Shown: positions 1-11,232, numbered from the stretch's first letter. The stretch is 55,831 bases of DNA from Candidatus Binataceae bacterium (GCA_050010455.1 JBEKLA010000001.1:1-55831); one strand, 5' to 3'. The notes: generated from the sequence alone by a model not told the origin. A program made the numbers and translations.

Positions 1-840
1 GCCGTTTTCGTCATAGAGATGGGTCTGTCCGTGCGAGTCGGCAAAGGCGAAGGCGTAAGACGTCTTGTTCCGGGTTTCCAGCTCTGCCGCCTTGATATCA
101 CCGACTATCCGATGGGTGCCGTCGTTACTGACGTACTCCTGGTATACGACTTTCAACGTGGCCGCGCCTTGCCCATCACCGCGCGAACCAAAAGCTTCGA
201 CCAGCCGGTCGACAATCGGTTTGGGGATATGATGGCGGGCCGCGTCGGATTCAAGGCTGGCTTTGAGCGCGAAAACGGCTGAGTCGGTTTCGACTTTGTA
301 TCTAATCGGCTGCTCGCTTGCGATTATTACGCCGCTGCCGAGCGCTTTCTCGACGATCTCCGCACGATCGTCCAGCTCGTAGCGCAGACCGCGAAGCTGG
401 CCGCTCTGCGGGTCGCGATCGAGCGACGCCAAGTGGCCCCGACTCAGCTTCCTGCTGTGTGCAGCGGAACGGAAGGCAGATGCCCATCGCTCGGCCTCGA
501 AGACGTTCAGACCGGCGTGGACGAGATAATCCGCGACTGGTACCGCGCGCCGCAACCTGGTCGACTGTTCCACAGGATCGGGCGCCGACGCCACACTTTC
601 TTCCGTCGTTTCGCCAAGCGATTCGTCCGGCAGTCCAGGCTCAGGGAGCGCCGCCATTGCGTCGGATGACGCTATCGAAACGGTATCGAGTGGCTCGAAA
701 CGTTCGCGCGTGCTGGCAGTAAAGAGATACAGGGAAGCGATCGTCGTCATCGAGGCGACAACAACGGCCACCACGACCCTTCCGAACCGGCCACCCGCGA
801 TGACGCCCATAACGCGCGACGCTATTAAATAAAGGGCCAT
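1..840 (-). CDS. M23/LytM-family peptidoglycan endopeptidase, N-terminal part; the gene runs off the left edge of the window
   Basis: This ORF is absent from the ORF track because it has no stop inside the window. My own minus-strand translation from ATG 840-838 stays open for all 280 codons to position 1. It starts MALYLIASRVMGVIAGGRFGRVVVAVVVASMTT (a TM anchor). It ends KVVYQEYVSNDGTHRIVGDIKAAELETRNKTSYAFAFADSHGQTHLYDENG, the pattern found just upstream of the LytM domain in MepM/YebA-like enzymes. The catalytic domain itself is not in the window. Confidence 0.55.
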   Translation of the reverse strand, partial: MALYLIASRVMGVIAGGRFGRVVVAVVVASMTTIASLYLFTASTRERFEPLDTVSIASSDAMAALPEPGLPDESLGETTEESVASAPDPVEQSTRLRRAVPVADYLVHAGLNVFEAERWASAFRSAAHSRKLSRGHLASLDRDPQSGQLRGLRYELDDRAEIVEKALGSGVIIASEQPIRYKVETDSAVFALKASLESDAARHHIPKPIVDRLVEAFGSRGDGQGAATLKVVYQEYVSNDGTHRIVGDIKAAELETRNKTSYAFAFADSHGQTHLYDENG

Positions 841-932
841 GAATCAATACTTCCTAGGCAGTTTTTCAAACAGTGTCGCGATTTGATGGTTCTCTCTGAT
901 ACAATCGGCCGCAGCTTTTTTCGCGCCATTTC

Positions 933-1388
933 ATGCCGCAATTGAGCGGCTTGGGTAACTTAATATCGTCAGTGAGCACTTTAGCGCTGGATCTCGGCAA
1001 ACGTCGTATCGGCGTGGCCGTCACAGATATGTCCGACTTGGCGGCGCATCCGCTGGCTACTATCGAACGCGGCAAGTCCAAATCCGACCTTGACGCGATC
1101 CTTGCCCTGATTGAGGGGCGTCATGTCGAACGTGTAATAGTCGGATTGCCTCTCAACATGGACGGGACCGAGGGGCAGCCGGCCCGAGCCGCACGAGCGT
1201 TCGCCGAGGCTTTGAGCATCAGTCTGGGCCTGCCGGTCGAACTCCATGACGAACGTCTAAGCAGTTTCGAGGCCAGAGAGCGGCTCAAGCAGGGCCAGCT
1301 AAGACGCTCGAAGCGTAAGCGAACCGTCGATCAAATCGCGGCCGTTGTAATTCTCGAAAGCTGGCTCGCGCGAGCCCGTCAAATATAG
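933..1388 (+). CDS. ruvX: Holliday junction resolvase-like protein RuvX (YqgF family)
   Basis: YqgF signatures are present: LALDLGKRRIGVAVTD and VERVIVGLPLNMDGTEGQ. The likely true start is the in-frame GTG at 972 (VSTLALDLG). Confidence 0.9.
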   Translation: MPQLSGLGNLISSVSTLALDLGKRRIGVAVTDMSDLAAHPLATIERGKSKSDLDAILALIEGRHVERVIVGLPLNMDGTEGQPARAARAFAEALSISLGLPVELHDERLSSFEARERLKQGQLRRSKRKRTVDQIAAVVILESWLARARQI

Positions 1389-1528
1389 ATGGGCCAGCAA
1401 GGCAGCCGGAACGCCGTCGTGGATGAAAAGCTCGGCAAGGCCAGTTATTCTAAACGTAGTTTGTTTGCCTTAACGGCCGTTCTTACGATCGAAGTCAAGC
1501 GAGCAAGAGCGTTTGCGGCGCTCCTCTG

Positions 1529-2588
<1,060 letters not shown>

Positions 2589-2614
<26 letters not shown>

Positions 2615-4106
2615 GGTAATTGGCAGAGCCCGGCGCCGTATCGCCGAACTCGCGGCTTTGCGCGTGGCGATCTATCTCGCGCCGCCAGTCCTGATTGTGC
2701 TCGCTCTCGGCGTCGGCTTCGAAAGCGTCGGCTCGGCCACGTGGGAGCGATGGGGTTACATGCTGGCGCCCGCGCTCGGCCACGGGATGCACCTGGGTCT
2801 GTTTGCCGCTGCCGCTATCGGACTTGCGGCCGGTACGCTGGCGGCGTGGATCGCCTATCGCCGCGCGAGCGGCTTCGTCGAAGCGGCGGAGCGAATCGAC
2901 CAGCGCATCGATGCGAAGCAGGAAATCCTCACTCTGGCCACGCTCAGCGGCGATAGCCTGTCGGCTGGCGCGTCACGCAGTTCGTTATTTCCGATCCTGC
3001 TGCGCCGTTCAATGGAACACCTGTCTGAATTCGACCCGGCGCGCGAGTTTCGTCCCGAGATAGGAGCGCCGCTTGCACGATCGTCTGCCGTAACGCTCGG
3101 ATTAGTGGTCGCGCTCGGGCTCTCGATGCTGGCGCTGGTGCGGCCTCCTGGCCCGCTCGACGTGCAAGCACGAAAGCTGGTTGCGCTAGCGAACGAGATC
3201 ACACATAACGATTCCAGCTCAGGCGCCGAGGAGCTTGCCAAGCAGCTGCGCGCGCTCGCGTCCGATCTCGAAAGCCCCGCGATCCCGCCGGAAAAGAAAC
3301 TCGAACAACTGGCCGAGATGATGCGCAAGCTCGAAGAGACCAAGACGCCCGCCGACTTCAACAAGAAGACTCAACCGCCGCAGTCAACATCGAATCAGTC
3401 GAGCAAAGAGCAAGGCAAGGGCAAGGGCGAATCGGGCAAGGGCGAAGGCAGCGGCAAGGGCGAGGGCAAGGGCAAAGGCGAGGGAGCCGGTGAAGGAACC
3501 GGCAAGGGAGACGCCGCAGGCGGCAAAGACAAGGGCGGCGAAGCCAAGATGATGGAGGTTCGCAACGAACTCTCCAAGAGTAAGATTGAGCTCGAGAGCA
3601 AGACTAAGACCCCTGATAAGACCAAGGCCGGCAACGATCAGGGCAAGAAGAACGAAGAGTCGTTGAAGCCGGGCAACAACCCGAATCAGCCGGGCACATC
3701 CCCGCAAGAAGGCGCAAACGGCCAGGCCAAGCAGCCCAAGCCGGACCAGTCGGGTAAATCCGAGCAGGCGAAGGCTAATCAGCCGTCGAAGGAACAGCCG
3801 AAAAAAGATATGGGTCAGCCGGGCGGCGATACTCATCTCGGTCAGTTCCCCGAACCCGCGCGCTTCGAGAAATTTTACAAGCCCGGCGAACACGGACAGC
3901 AGCTCGAAATCAAGGATGCACGCTACGTGCTGTTCCGGATTCCGCCCGCGGTGAGCACTTCGGGCGCCGGCAAGACCGTGCTCGACAAAGAGCGCCCGAC
4001 GGCGAGGACCCCCTATTCCAATCTGCCTCTCAAGGAGGAGCGGTCGAGCGCGACTCCTGACGAACAGCAGTTGGTGCCGCCGCGGTATCGCGACTTATTA
4101 CGCTAA
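2589..4106 (+). CDS. Uncharacterised membrane protein with a long Lys/Gly/Glu/Gln/Pro low-complexity region; first gene of MoxR module A
   Basis: The GTG start overlaps the mltG 3' end by 26 nt. Hydrophobic helices are VAIYLAPPVLIVLALGV, HLGLFAAAAIGLAAGTLAAWIA and SAVTLGLVVALGLSMLALV. Residues ~255-440 are GKGEG / KQP-type low complexity. It has the same architecture and operon position as 30418..31803(-). Confidence 0.7.
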
Positions 4107-4132
4107 GCTTATTACGTTAAGAAGGAGACAGG

Positions 4133-5149
4133 ATGGGAGCCGCTCCGCAGGTAACGACGCCCGCCCAGCGCGTCAATGAATTTCGCCAGACCTTCAGCCA
4201 GGCCGAAGCCGAGGTCGGCCGCGTTATCGTCGGCCATCAGCCGGTGATCCGCAAGATGCTGACCGCCCTGTTCTGTGGCGGGCACGTGCTGATTGAGGGC
4301 GTCCCTGGCTTGGGCAAGACCCTGATGGTCAAGGCCGCCAGCGAGGCGCTCGGCCTTAGCTTCAAACGAATCCAGTTTACGCCCGACCTGATGCCGTCGG
4401 ATATCATCGGCACCCAGATCCTGACCGAAGCCGACGGGCGTCGCGAGTTCCAGTTCAAGAAAGGTCCGATCTTCGCCCATATGGTGCTGGGCGACGAGAT
4501 CAATCGCGCGACCCCAAAGACCCAGTCGGCGGTGCTCGAAGCGATGGAAGAGCATCAGGTAACCGTCTTCGGCGTCACCTATCCGCTCGCTCCGCCGTTC
4601 TTCGTGCTCGCGACGCAAAACCCAATCGAGCTCGAAGGCACCTATCCTCTGCCCGAAGCGCAGATGGATCGGTTTCTGTTCAAGGTTGTGATTACCGCGC
4701 CCAAGCCCGAGGAGCTGCGCGAAATCCTTCAGCGCACGACGACTGCGAGTTCCTACCAGATCAAGCCGATCATAGATCCGCAGGCGGCGCCCGCGGTTAT
4801 CGAACGGCTGAAGACGCTGGTGCGCGAAGTGATGGTGGCCGAACCAATCGAGCGCTATATAATATCGATTATTTCCGCCTGTACGCCGAGCGGTGTCGGA
4901 GTGCTTCCCGAAATAACCCAGTACGTCCGTTTTGGGCCAAGCCCGCGCGGCGCGCAGGCGCTGATGCTGTGTGCCAAGGTGAATGCGCTGCTCGACGGAC
5001 GGGTGAGCGTCAGCTACGACGATGTCGACGACGCGATCATTCCCGCGCTGCGCCATCGCTTGCTGCGCAACTTTCAGGCCGAGGCTGAAAACGCCACCAC
5101 CGAATCGCTCCTCGAACAGGTGATCAAGCGGCTTAAGCGGCCTCGCTAA
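4133..5149 (+). CDS. MoxR-family AAA+ ATPase (module A)
   Basis: Walker A is GVPGLGKT and Walker B is MVLGDEINRATPKTQSAVLEAMEE. FFVLATQNPIELEGTYPLPEAQMDRFLFK is typical of the MoxR/AAA_3 family. Confidence 0.93.
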   Translation: MGAAPQVTTPAQRVNEFRQTFSQAEAEVGRVIVGHQPVIRKMLTALFCGGHVLIEGVPGLGKTLMVKAASEALGLSFKRIQFTPDLMPSDIIGTQILTEADGRREFQFKKGPIFAHMVLGDEINRATPKTQSAVLEAMEEHQVTVFGVTYPLAPPFFVLATQNPIELEGTYPLPEAQMDRFLFKVVITAPKPEELREILQRTTTASSYQIKPIIDPQAAPAVIERLKTLVREVMVAEPIERYIISIISACTPSGVGVLPEITQYVRFGPSPRGAQALMLCAKVNALLDGRVSVSYDDVDDAIIPALRHRLLRNFQAEAENATTESLLEQVIKRLKRPR

Positions 5150-5150
5150 A

Positions 5151-6050
5151 ATGCTGGGATTGCCCGCAGAGTTTACGCCCGACTTCCTGGCCCGCCTCGA
5201 ACAGCTTCGCGTCAAGACCCGGCGTGAGTATGCGGGGATGGGCAAGGGCTCTCATCTTTCGCCCAGGCGCGGCTCGTCGCTCGAATTCGCCGACTTCCGC
5301 CACTACGCGATGGGCGACGATTTCCGCTATATCGACTGGGGCCTGTACGGCCGCACCGACAAGCTTTACATCAAGCTGTTCAAGGAAGAGGAAGACCTGC
5401 TGACATACATCTTCCTCGACGCCAGCGCCTCGATGGCCTACCCCGCCGGCGACCGCAAATTCGAATCGGCGGTCGCGATCGCGCTGGCGCTGGCTTACGT
5501 CTCGCTGGCTTCGGGCGACCGCGTGATGATTCGCGTGCTCGCCGGCGCGGACAATCGCACTCCAAGCAGCCTGGTTTACGGCCGCTATCGAATCGTCGAG
5601 CTGGCCCGCCGCCTGGCCTCGGTAAAACCCGGCGGCCAACTCGATTTTGTCCCGTCGTTGGCGCGCGAGCTGGTCACGATCAAGCGCGCCGGCAAGGTGT
5701 TTATCATCTCGGACTACCTGATGATGCTGAATGCGGTCACCACCGGGCTTGGCCTGTTCGGCGCCGCGGCGATGGACGTCACCGCCGTCCAGGTGCTGGG
5801 CGGCCGCGAGCTGAGCGGCCAGGGAATCGACGGCAACGTCGAGTTGGTAGATGCCGAGAGCGGCGAGCGGGTGCGGGTCGCGATGGGGTCGCGCTCGCGC
5901 CAGCAGTATCACGAAACCCTGATGCGATTGTCGCGCGAGATCAAAAGCTTCTGCTTCAAGCGCGGCCTGCACTACACGCTCTACACTACCGACCGCGGCT
6001 TTCACGATTTCTTCCTGCGCGCCACGGCCGAACTCGGATTGGTTCATTAG
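5151..6050 (+). CDS. DUF58 protein with VWA-like MIDAS motif (module A)
   Basis: It carries LEFADFRHYAMGDDFRYIDW (DUF58 signature) and IFLDASASM (DxSxS). The start is 1 nt after the MoxR stop. Confidence 0.85.
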   Translation: MLGLPAEFTPDFLARLEQLRVKTRREYAGMGKGSHLSPRRGSSLEFADFRHYAMGDDFRYIDWGLYGRTDKLYIKLFKEEEDLLTYIFLDASASMAYPAGDRKFESAVAIALALAYVSLASGDRVMIRVLAGADNRTPSSLVYGRYRIVELARRLASVKPGGQLDFVPSLARELVTIKRAGKVFIISDYLMMLNAVTTGLGLFGAAAMDVTAVQVLGGRELSGQGIDGNVELVDAESGERVRVAMGSRSRQQYHETLMRLSREIKSFCFKRGLHYTLYTTDRGFHDFFLRATAELGLVH

Positions 6051-6057
6051 TATCGCG

Positions 6058-7872
6058 ATGGGATTGCTGTACCCGAGCGCGCTCGTATTCTTCGCCCTGG
6101 TCCCGGCGCTGCTGATAGCGTACCTGGTGCGCGAGCGTCCGACGCGCGTGACGGTATCGAGCGTGCTCGCCTTTCGCGCCCTGCGCGGGCTTAAGGGCGA
6201 ACGTCCGTGGGGACGCCCGCGGCTCGATTGGCTGTTCATCGTCGAGGCCGTCATCCTCAGCCTGGCGGTGCTGGCGATGGCGCAGCCGTATGTCGTGCGC
6301 GGGCGCAAGCCGATCGCGGTGGTGCTCGACAATTCGGCCGCGATGCAGGCGCTAACCGCGTCGGGCCAAACGCGCTACGACGTCGCGCGCGCGCGGCTCG
6401 CGGCGATGCTGTCCTCCGCGCCCGCCGACGCGTCAATCACCGTCTATCTGACCGCCCCGCAGCCGCATCAGGTAGGCGACGCACCATTCGAAGGCGCCGC
6501 GGCCGCGCGCTCCGCGATCGGAGCGGCCGCGGTCACCGACGCGCCCGACCAGCGCGACGCCCTCGGCAGATTGCTCAGCGATCTGGCCTCGGGCCGCCGT
6601 TTCAGCGAAGTGATTTTCGCCAGCTGCCATCCGCTCAGCGGCGCGACGCCGCATAACGTCCGCGCCATTATTATCGACGAACCGATAGCGAATTACGCGA
6701 TCGGTTCCTTCGGCCTGCGCCGCGAGGGTTTCGGCGCCGCAACGATGCGCGCGCGGCTCAAACTCGCAAACTTCAGTCCGAACACGCAGACCCTCAAGGT
6801 CGTCCTGACTGGCGACGGCAAGCCGCTGGCCCATGCCGAAAGCGTTGTCGAGGCGCGCGGAGTCGTGTCGCTCGAATTCCCGCAGCTCGCTCCAGCCTCG
6901 GTCTATCGCGCGGAGCTCCAGCCCAGCGACAGCTTCCCGCTCGATAACGTGGCCTTCGCGACCGCCGGTGCGATCAAGCCGATCGATGTGCTGTTCGTCA
7001 GCCCGGTGCGGGCCGACGCGGACAGTCTTGGCGCACTGCCCGGCGTCAAGGTGACGGTTCAGTCGCCCGAGAATTTTTCGCCCGCCAACGCCGTACAAGC
7101 CGACCTCACGATCTTCGAGTACGCGGTGCCCAAGGAGCTGCCCGCCGGCAACGCCTTGCTGGTGATGCCGCCCGGCGGCGATCTGGTGTTCAACTTTTCG
7201 GTGCGGCCGGCAGAATCGATTCAAATCGCGAGCTGGCAGCGGCCCGATCCGCTGACCGACGAAGTTAACTTCCGCCTGCTCGAATTGCGCCGCGGCGAAT
7301 TCTTCGACCTCCATCCGTGGATGGAATCGATCGTCAGCGGCAATGGCGGCGGATTGATACTGGCCGGCACCCGGCAAGGCCATCGTTACGTGGCGACCGG
7401 CTTCAATCCGTTCCCGTACCTCGGCAAGCAGAATCTTCCGATGTCAGTGCTGACGCTGAATATGCTGAGCTATCTCGCGGGGCTCGGCGCTGACAGCGTC
7501 GGCTATCGCACCGGCGAACCGTGGCTCGTGCCCGCTGGAGTCGCGAAGATTATCCTGCCCTCGGGAAGCAGCGTCGCGGTCAAGCCGGGAACGCTCTTCA
7601 CCGCCGGTACGCAGCAGGGAATTTACGAGTTGGTCGACGAGTCGGGAGAGCGGCGGCCGCGCGCCGCGATGCTTGGCGATCTCGCGGAATCCGACCTCGA
7701 CCTCAGCCGGCCGGTCACGATTGAGGCGCCGGCTGAAGCCGTCGGACCGCCATCGTTCACCGCCAATATCCCGCTCGCCGGTTATCTGATTGCCGCGATG
7801 CTGGCTCTGGCCGCTGCGGAAGCGATGATCGCATACCGGCGCAGGCGACGCGCGCTCGAGGTGCATGCGTGA
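6058..7872 (+). CDS. BatA-N (N-terminal double-TM aerotolerance-regulator-like) membrane protein with degenerate VWA (module A)
   Basis: The N-terminus MGLLYPSALVFFALVPALLIAYLVRERP plus a second TM helix matches the BatA_N pattern. VVLDNSAAM is a partial MIDAS motif. A C-terminal TM is followed by YRRRRR. Confidence 0.7.
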   Translation: MGLLYPSALVFFALVPALLIAYLVRERPTRVTVSSVLAFRALRGLKGERPWGRPRLDWLFIVEAVILSLAVLAMAQPYVVRGRKPIAVVLDNSAAMQALTASGQTRYDVARARLAAMLSSAPADASITVYLTAPQPHQVGDAPFEGAAAARSAIGAAAVTDAPDQRDALGRLLSDLASGRRFSEVIFASCHPLSGATPHNVRAIIIDEPIANYAIGSFGLRREGFGAATMRARLKLANFSPNTQTLKVVLTGDGKPLAHAESVVEARGVVSLEFPQLAPASVYRAELQPSDSFPLDNVAFATAGAIKPIDVLFVSPVRADADSLGALPGVKVTVQSPENFSPANAVQADLTIFEYAVPKELPAGNALLVMPPGGDLVFNFSVRPAESIQIASWQRPDPLTDEVNFRLLELRRGEFFDLHPWMESIVSGNGGGLILAGTRQGHRYVATGFNPFPYLGKQNLPMSVLTLNMLSYLAGLGADSVGYRTGEPWLVPAGVAKIILPSGSSVAVKPGTLFTAGTQQGIYELVDESGERRPRAAMLGDLAESDLDLSRPVTIEAPAEAVGPPSFTANIPLAGYLIAAMLALAAAEAMIAYRRRRRALEVHA

Positions 7873-10445
7873 ACTGGCATCTCAGGCTCGGCGCGATCAC
7901 CCTGGTTCGACCCCATGCACTATATCTGCTGATCGGCGTCGGGCTGATTCTCGCCTGGTCGATGCTCTACGTCGATACGCCGCGCAAGATCTTCGCGCCG
8001 ATCATCCGCGCGATAGTGCTGGCGCTTGCGGTGCTCGCTCTTGCCGCTCCCGTGCAGATCGCGAGCTATCAGGGCAAGGCGCGTCCGGTGCTGGTGGATC
8101 TGTCGGCCAGTATGACGGCGTCGATGCGCGAGTGGGCCGTCAAGCTGCTGCAAGACGGGCTGAAGCTCAGGCCGGACGACCCGGCGATCGCCTTCGCCAC
8201 GACCCCCGAAGTAACGAACGTCGGCGGCGTCACCGCGATGGTCAGCCATCCCGACGGATGTAGTCAATGCGGGCCGGGTGCGACCGATCTCGAGGCGGCG
8301 CTGCGCAGGCTCGCCGCGCAAGGCGAGGGCGGAAGCGGCCCGGTCGTGCTGATAACCGACGGATGGGAAAATCGCGGCGACGCCCGCAACGCGGCCAGCG
8401 CGCTGCTCGCGGCCCATAGCCAGCTCTACGTCTTCACTCCGCCGGGCGCGGGCACCGTTGCGAACGTCGCGATGACCGAGCTCAGCCTGCCGCACGCGCT
8501 CTCCAGCGTCGAACCGTTCTCGCTTGGCGTCACGATGCTGAATATGAACGACGCGCCGGTCACGGGCACGATCAAGATTTTCGAAAACGATCGTCAGATC
8601 GACGATCGCCAGGTCACGCTTCCGATCGGGCGCGATCGAATCGATTTTCCGGTGCGCACCGCAAGCACCGGGCTGGTCTCTTATCGCGCCACCTTCGACG
8701 CCGCCGTCCCCGCGCAGGACGTTTATAAAGAAGACGATTCGCTCCAGGGATGGGTCGGTATCGGAGCGCGGCGCAAGCTCCTGATCCTGACCAACAACAC
8801 TCGCGATGCGAGTTACCTGGAGACGGTCGTCAAGCGGATGGGCCTCGAACCCGAGGTCGCCGACTTGAGCGCGCATCCGTTCAACCGTCCGCTCACCGGC
8901 TACGACGCGGTGATTCTCGACAACGTGCCGCGCTCGCGCCTGTCCGCGGAGTTGCAAAGCGGCCTGGTCAACTATGTGCAGCGCGGCGGATCGCTGGCGA
9001 TGGTCGGCGGCGACGACAGCTTCGGTCTGGGCGGCTATCACGGCAGCGCGATCGAGACGGCGATGCCGGTGATAATGAAACCGCCCGAGCATAAGAAGCA
9101 GCAGCGCGCGCTGGTGTTGATCATCGACAAATCGGGCTCGATGGGCCGCGACAACAAGCTGACCTACGCCAAGGCCGCCGCGCGCCAGGCGACGCAGACG
9201 CTCGGCGACGACGACCTGCTGAGCGTGATCGGCTTCGACGCGCAGCCGTTCGTGGTGGTGCCGCTGCAGCCGGTGCGCGAGAGCCGCCCGTATCTGAACG
9301 AGATGATCGATCGCCTCAAGGCGCGCGGCACCACCTATCTGCTGCCTGCGCTCAAGGAAGCAGAGCGCGATCTGGCCAACAGCAACGCGGCGATCAAGCA
9401 TCTGGTGATCCTGACCGACGGCGAGACCGGCGGCACGGCGTCGATGTACTACGACCTCGTCTCGACGATGCATCGCCAGGGCGGCGTGACCATCTCGACG
9501 ATCGCGATCGGCCGCGACCCCAACGTCCAGTTGCTCAACGCGATCAGCACATACGGCGGCGGCGCCTTTTATCACACCTATAGCGCCAGCACGCTGCCCG
9601 AGCTGTTCCTGCAGGATGTCCGCCAGCACACCGGCGAGATGACCCTGGTGGAGAAGGACTTCCAGCCGCGCGGCGTGATTCCGAACCCGGTGCTGAAGGA
9701 CCTCGCCGGGCGTAAGCTGCCAAGTATCAAGGGTTACGTCAGCACCGAACTGAAGCCGCACGCCAACCTCGATCTCTACGTCGCGCGCGACGGCCGCCAG
9801 GAGCCGCTGATCGCGACCTGGCGCTACGGCGCGGGCAAGGCGATGGCGGTCACGACCGACGCCAGCGGCCGCTGGTCATCGGAGTGGATTCGCCAGAACA
9901 TCTTCGGCCAGGTGTGGGATCGGCTGCTCGGGTGGCTGACGCCTGAAGTCCCTACCGCGCCCAAAGTTGACGTGGCGCTCGGATACAGCGACGGCAGGCT
10001 CAAGCTTCGGCTGACCGACTACGACGAAACCGCGCCCGCGACGCACATGGTCAGCGCGACCGTCACGCGGCCGGACGGCTCGACCGCGGAGCTGGTGCTT
10101 TCCGAGGAAACGCTGGGCGAGATGACCGCGAGCTTCGACGCTCCGCGCCCCGGCGTCTACTATATCCAGTTGAAGTCGAGCCCCGGCGGCAAGGGCGGCG
10201 CGTTCCCGCCGCTGGCCTATACCGTGAGTCCGGCGGTGATGGCGGAGCTGCCGCGTCCGGCGCCGAATTACGCTTTGCTCGAGCATCTCGCCTCGGCGAC
10301 CGGCGGCAGGCTTAATCCCGCGCCAGGCGAGGTCGAGTTGGCGCGCCCGACGCTCGAACAACGGGCTTCGCTCAGTTCGTATTTGCTGCTGGCCGCGATG
10401 ATTCTGTTAATCGGCGAGGCGATGGTGCGCAGGCTGACGGCTTAG
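7869..10445 (+). CDS. Large membrane protein with two VWA (MIDAS) domains flanking a GATase1-like segment (module A)
   Basis: The GTGA overlap couples it to the upstream gene. MIDAS motifs are VLVDLSASM and LVLIIDKSGSMGRDNKL. The segment LLILTNNTRDASYLETV...YDAVILDNVP...YVQRGGSLAMVGG resembles the GATase1-like/DUF1355 fold (inference). The C-terminal TM is YLLLAAMILLIGEAMVRR. Confidence 0.75.
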   Translation: MNWHLRLGAITLVRPHALYLLIGVGLILAWSMLYVDTPRKIFAPIIRAIVLALAVLALAAPVQIASYQGKARPVLVDLSASMTASMREWAVKLLQDGLKLRPDDPAIAFATTPEVTNVGGVTAMVSHPDGCSQCGPGATDLEAALRRLAAQGEGGSGPVVLITDGWENRGDARNAASALLAAHSQLYVFTPPGAGTVANVAMTELSLPHALSSVEPFSLGVTMLNMNDAPVTGTIKIFENDRQIDDRQVTLPIGRDRIDFPVRTASTGLVSYRATFDAAVPAQDVYKEDDSLQGWVGIGARRKLLILTNNTRDASYLETVVKRMGLEPEVADLSAHPFNRPLTGYDAVILDNVPRSRLSAELQSGLVNYVQRGGSLAMVGGDDSFGLGGYHGSAIETAMPVIMKPPEHKKQQRALVLIIDKSGSMGRDNKLTYAKAAARQATQTLGDDDLLSVIGFDAQPFVVVPLQPVRESRPYLNEMIDRLKARGTTYLLPALKEAERDLANSNAAIKHLVILTDGETGGTASMYYDLVSTMHRQGGVTISTIAIGRDPNVQLLNAISTYGGGAFYHTYSASTLPELFLQDVRQHTGEMTLVEKDFQPRGVIPNPVLKDLAGRKLPSIKGYVSTELKPHANLDLYVARDGRQEPLIATWRYGAGKAMAVTTDASGRWSSEWIRQNIFGQVWDRLLGWLTPEVPTAPKVDVALGYSDGRLKLRLTDYDETAPATHMVSATVTRPDGSTAELVLSEETLGEMTASFDAPRPGVYYIQLKSSPGGKGGAFPPLAYTVSPAVMAELPRPAPNYALLEHLASATGGRLNPAPGEVELARPTLEQRASLSSYLLLAAMILLIGEAMVRRLTA

Positions 10446-10473
10446 CGGCACGACGCAGACGCGAGGGACGATC

Positions 10474-11031
10474 ATGGATGATGATCCGGTTGAGGTTAAG
10501 CATCACGTTCAGCATCGACACCCCGAAGGCATCCGCTTCTGCGCGTTGTGCGGCGGCGAGATGCGGTCGCGCGTGGTCGTGCCCGACGGGCGCCGCCACA
10601 AAGTCTGCTCGGCGTGCGGCTTCGTCGAGTTCCTCGGCCCGAAGCTGGTGGCGGGATGCCTGGTAGTCCAGGAAGAGAAGCTTCTGCTGCTGCGGCGTGG
10701 AATCCATCCGGCGCACGGCAAATGGACCTTCCCCGGCGGTTTCGTCGATTTCGGTGAGACGCCGATCGAGGCCGCCGTGCGCGAGACCGAAGAAGAAGTC
10801 GGGATGCGCGTGCGGGCCGGCGGACTGCTGGGGCTGTACGCCGATCCGGCAAACCCGTTCGCCGCGGTCGCGGTGTACTTCGCCGAGCCGGGTGTCGAAG
10901 CGCCGGGGCTATCGGCCGAGGCTATCGAGGTGCGCTACTTCTCCGCCGACGAAATCCCGTGGGACGAAATCGCCTTCCGCACCACCCACGACGCACTCCG
11001 CGACTGGATCAAACTCCTCGGCGGCAAGTAG
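10474..11031 (+). CDS. NUDIX hydrolase with N-terminal Cys4 zinc ribbon
   Basis: The zinc ribbon is CALCGGEM...CSACGF. The Nudix box is GKWTFPGGFVDFGETPIEAAVRETEEEVG. Confidence 0.85.
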   Translation: MDDDPVEVKHHVQHRHPEGIRFCALCGGEMRSRVVVPDGRRHKVCSACGFVEFLGPKLVAGCLVVQEEKLLLLRRGIHPAHGKWTFPGGFVDFGETPIEAAVRETEEEVGMRVRAGGLLGLYADPANPFAAVAVYFAEPGVEAPGLSAEAIEVRYFSADEIPWDEIAFRTTHDALRDWIKLLGGK

Positions 11032-11056
11032 CGCCGCACCGGCGCCTGGTCCTATA

Positions 11057-11132
11057 CCCTCGCCCGCTGTTTCCGCGGGAGAGGGCGCGCGGCACGCCGG
11101 TTGCCATCTTTTCGCAACCCGCGTGCCGCGCG
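11057..11132. repeat. Two adjacent imperfect GC-rich hairpins in a convergent intergenic region (possible bidirectional transcription stop, part of a REP-like composite)
   Basis: Hairpin 1 pairs ccctcgcccgc (11057-11067) with gcgggagaggg (11075-11085). Hairpin 2 pairs cgcgcggcacgccggttgc (11086-11104) with gcaacccgcgtgccgcgcg (11114-11132), with one mismatch. There is no clean T-run, so it is not a classical intrinsic terminator. Confidence 0.5.
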
Positions 11133-11160
11133 GGTGAGGGTGACTTTCCGTTTCGGGTTT

Positions 11161-11209
11161 GGGTGGAAGCCGGGATTCCTTGCTCCGCCAAGCCTTCGCT
11201 CGGAATGAC
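11161..11209. repeat. REP-like element, single arm; related to the palindrome at 55614..55690
   Basis: The reverse complement reads gtcattccgagcg...aggaatcccggcttccaccc. It shares gtcattccgagcg and the 20-mer aggaatcccggcttccaccc with 55614-55650. Confidence 0.75.
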
Positions 11210-11232
11210 CGAGAACAACGCACAAGACGCGT

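Noticed and set aside
19-722. Plus-strand ORFs 19..282, 318..722 and 433..669 at the left edge.
   Set aside because: They overlap an uninterrupted 280-codon minus-strand frame with an M23-peptidase-like sequence, and their translations are Arg-rich and motif-free.
3384-3893. Antisense ORFs 3384..3893 and 3395..3634 in the GKGEG low-complexity region. I also considered whether that region is a DNA-level tandem repeat element.
   Set aside because: They are mirror images of low-complexity coding sequence. The repeat is imperfect and lies in frame inside a gene that has a paralog of the same architecture.
7920-9761. A 613-aa antisense ORF inside the module A VWA gene. Similar long antisense or out-of-frame ORFs are 4112..5245, 5133..6332, 6433..7383, 13159..14265, 11380..12498, 36873..37793, 45039..45860 and 44983..46071.
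   Set aside because: These are typical high-GC shadow ORFs. Their translations are Arg/Ala/Gly/His-rich without motifs, while the opposite or other frame carries unambiguous family signatures.
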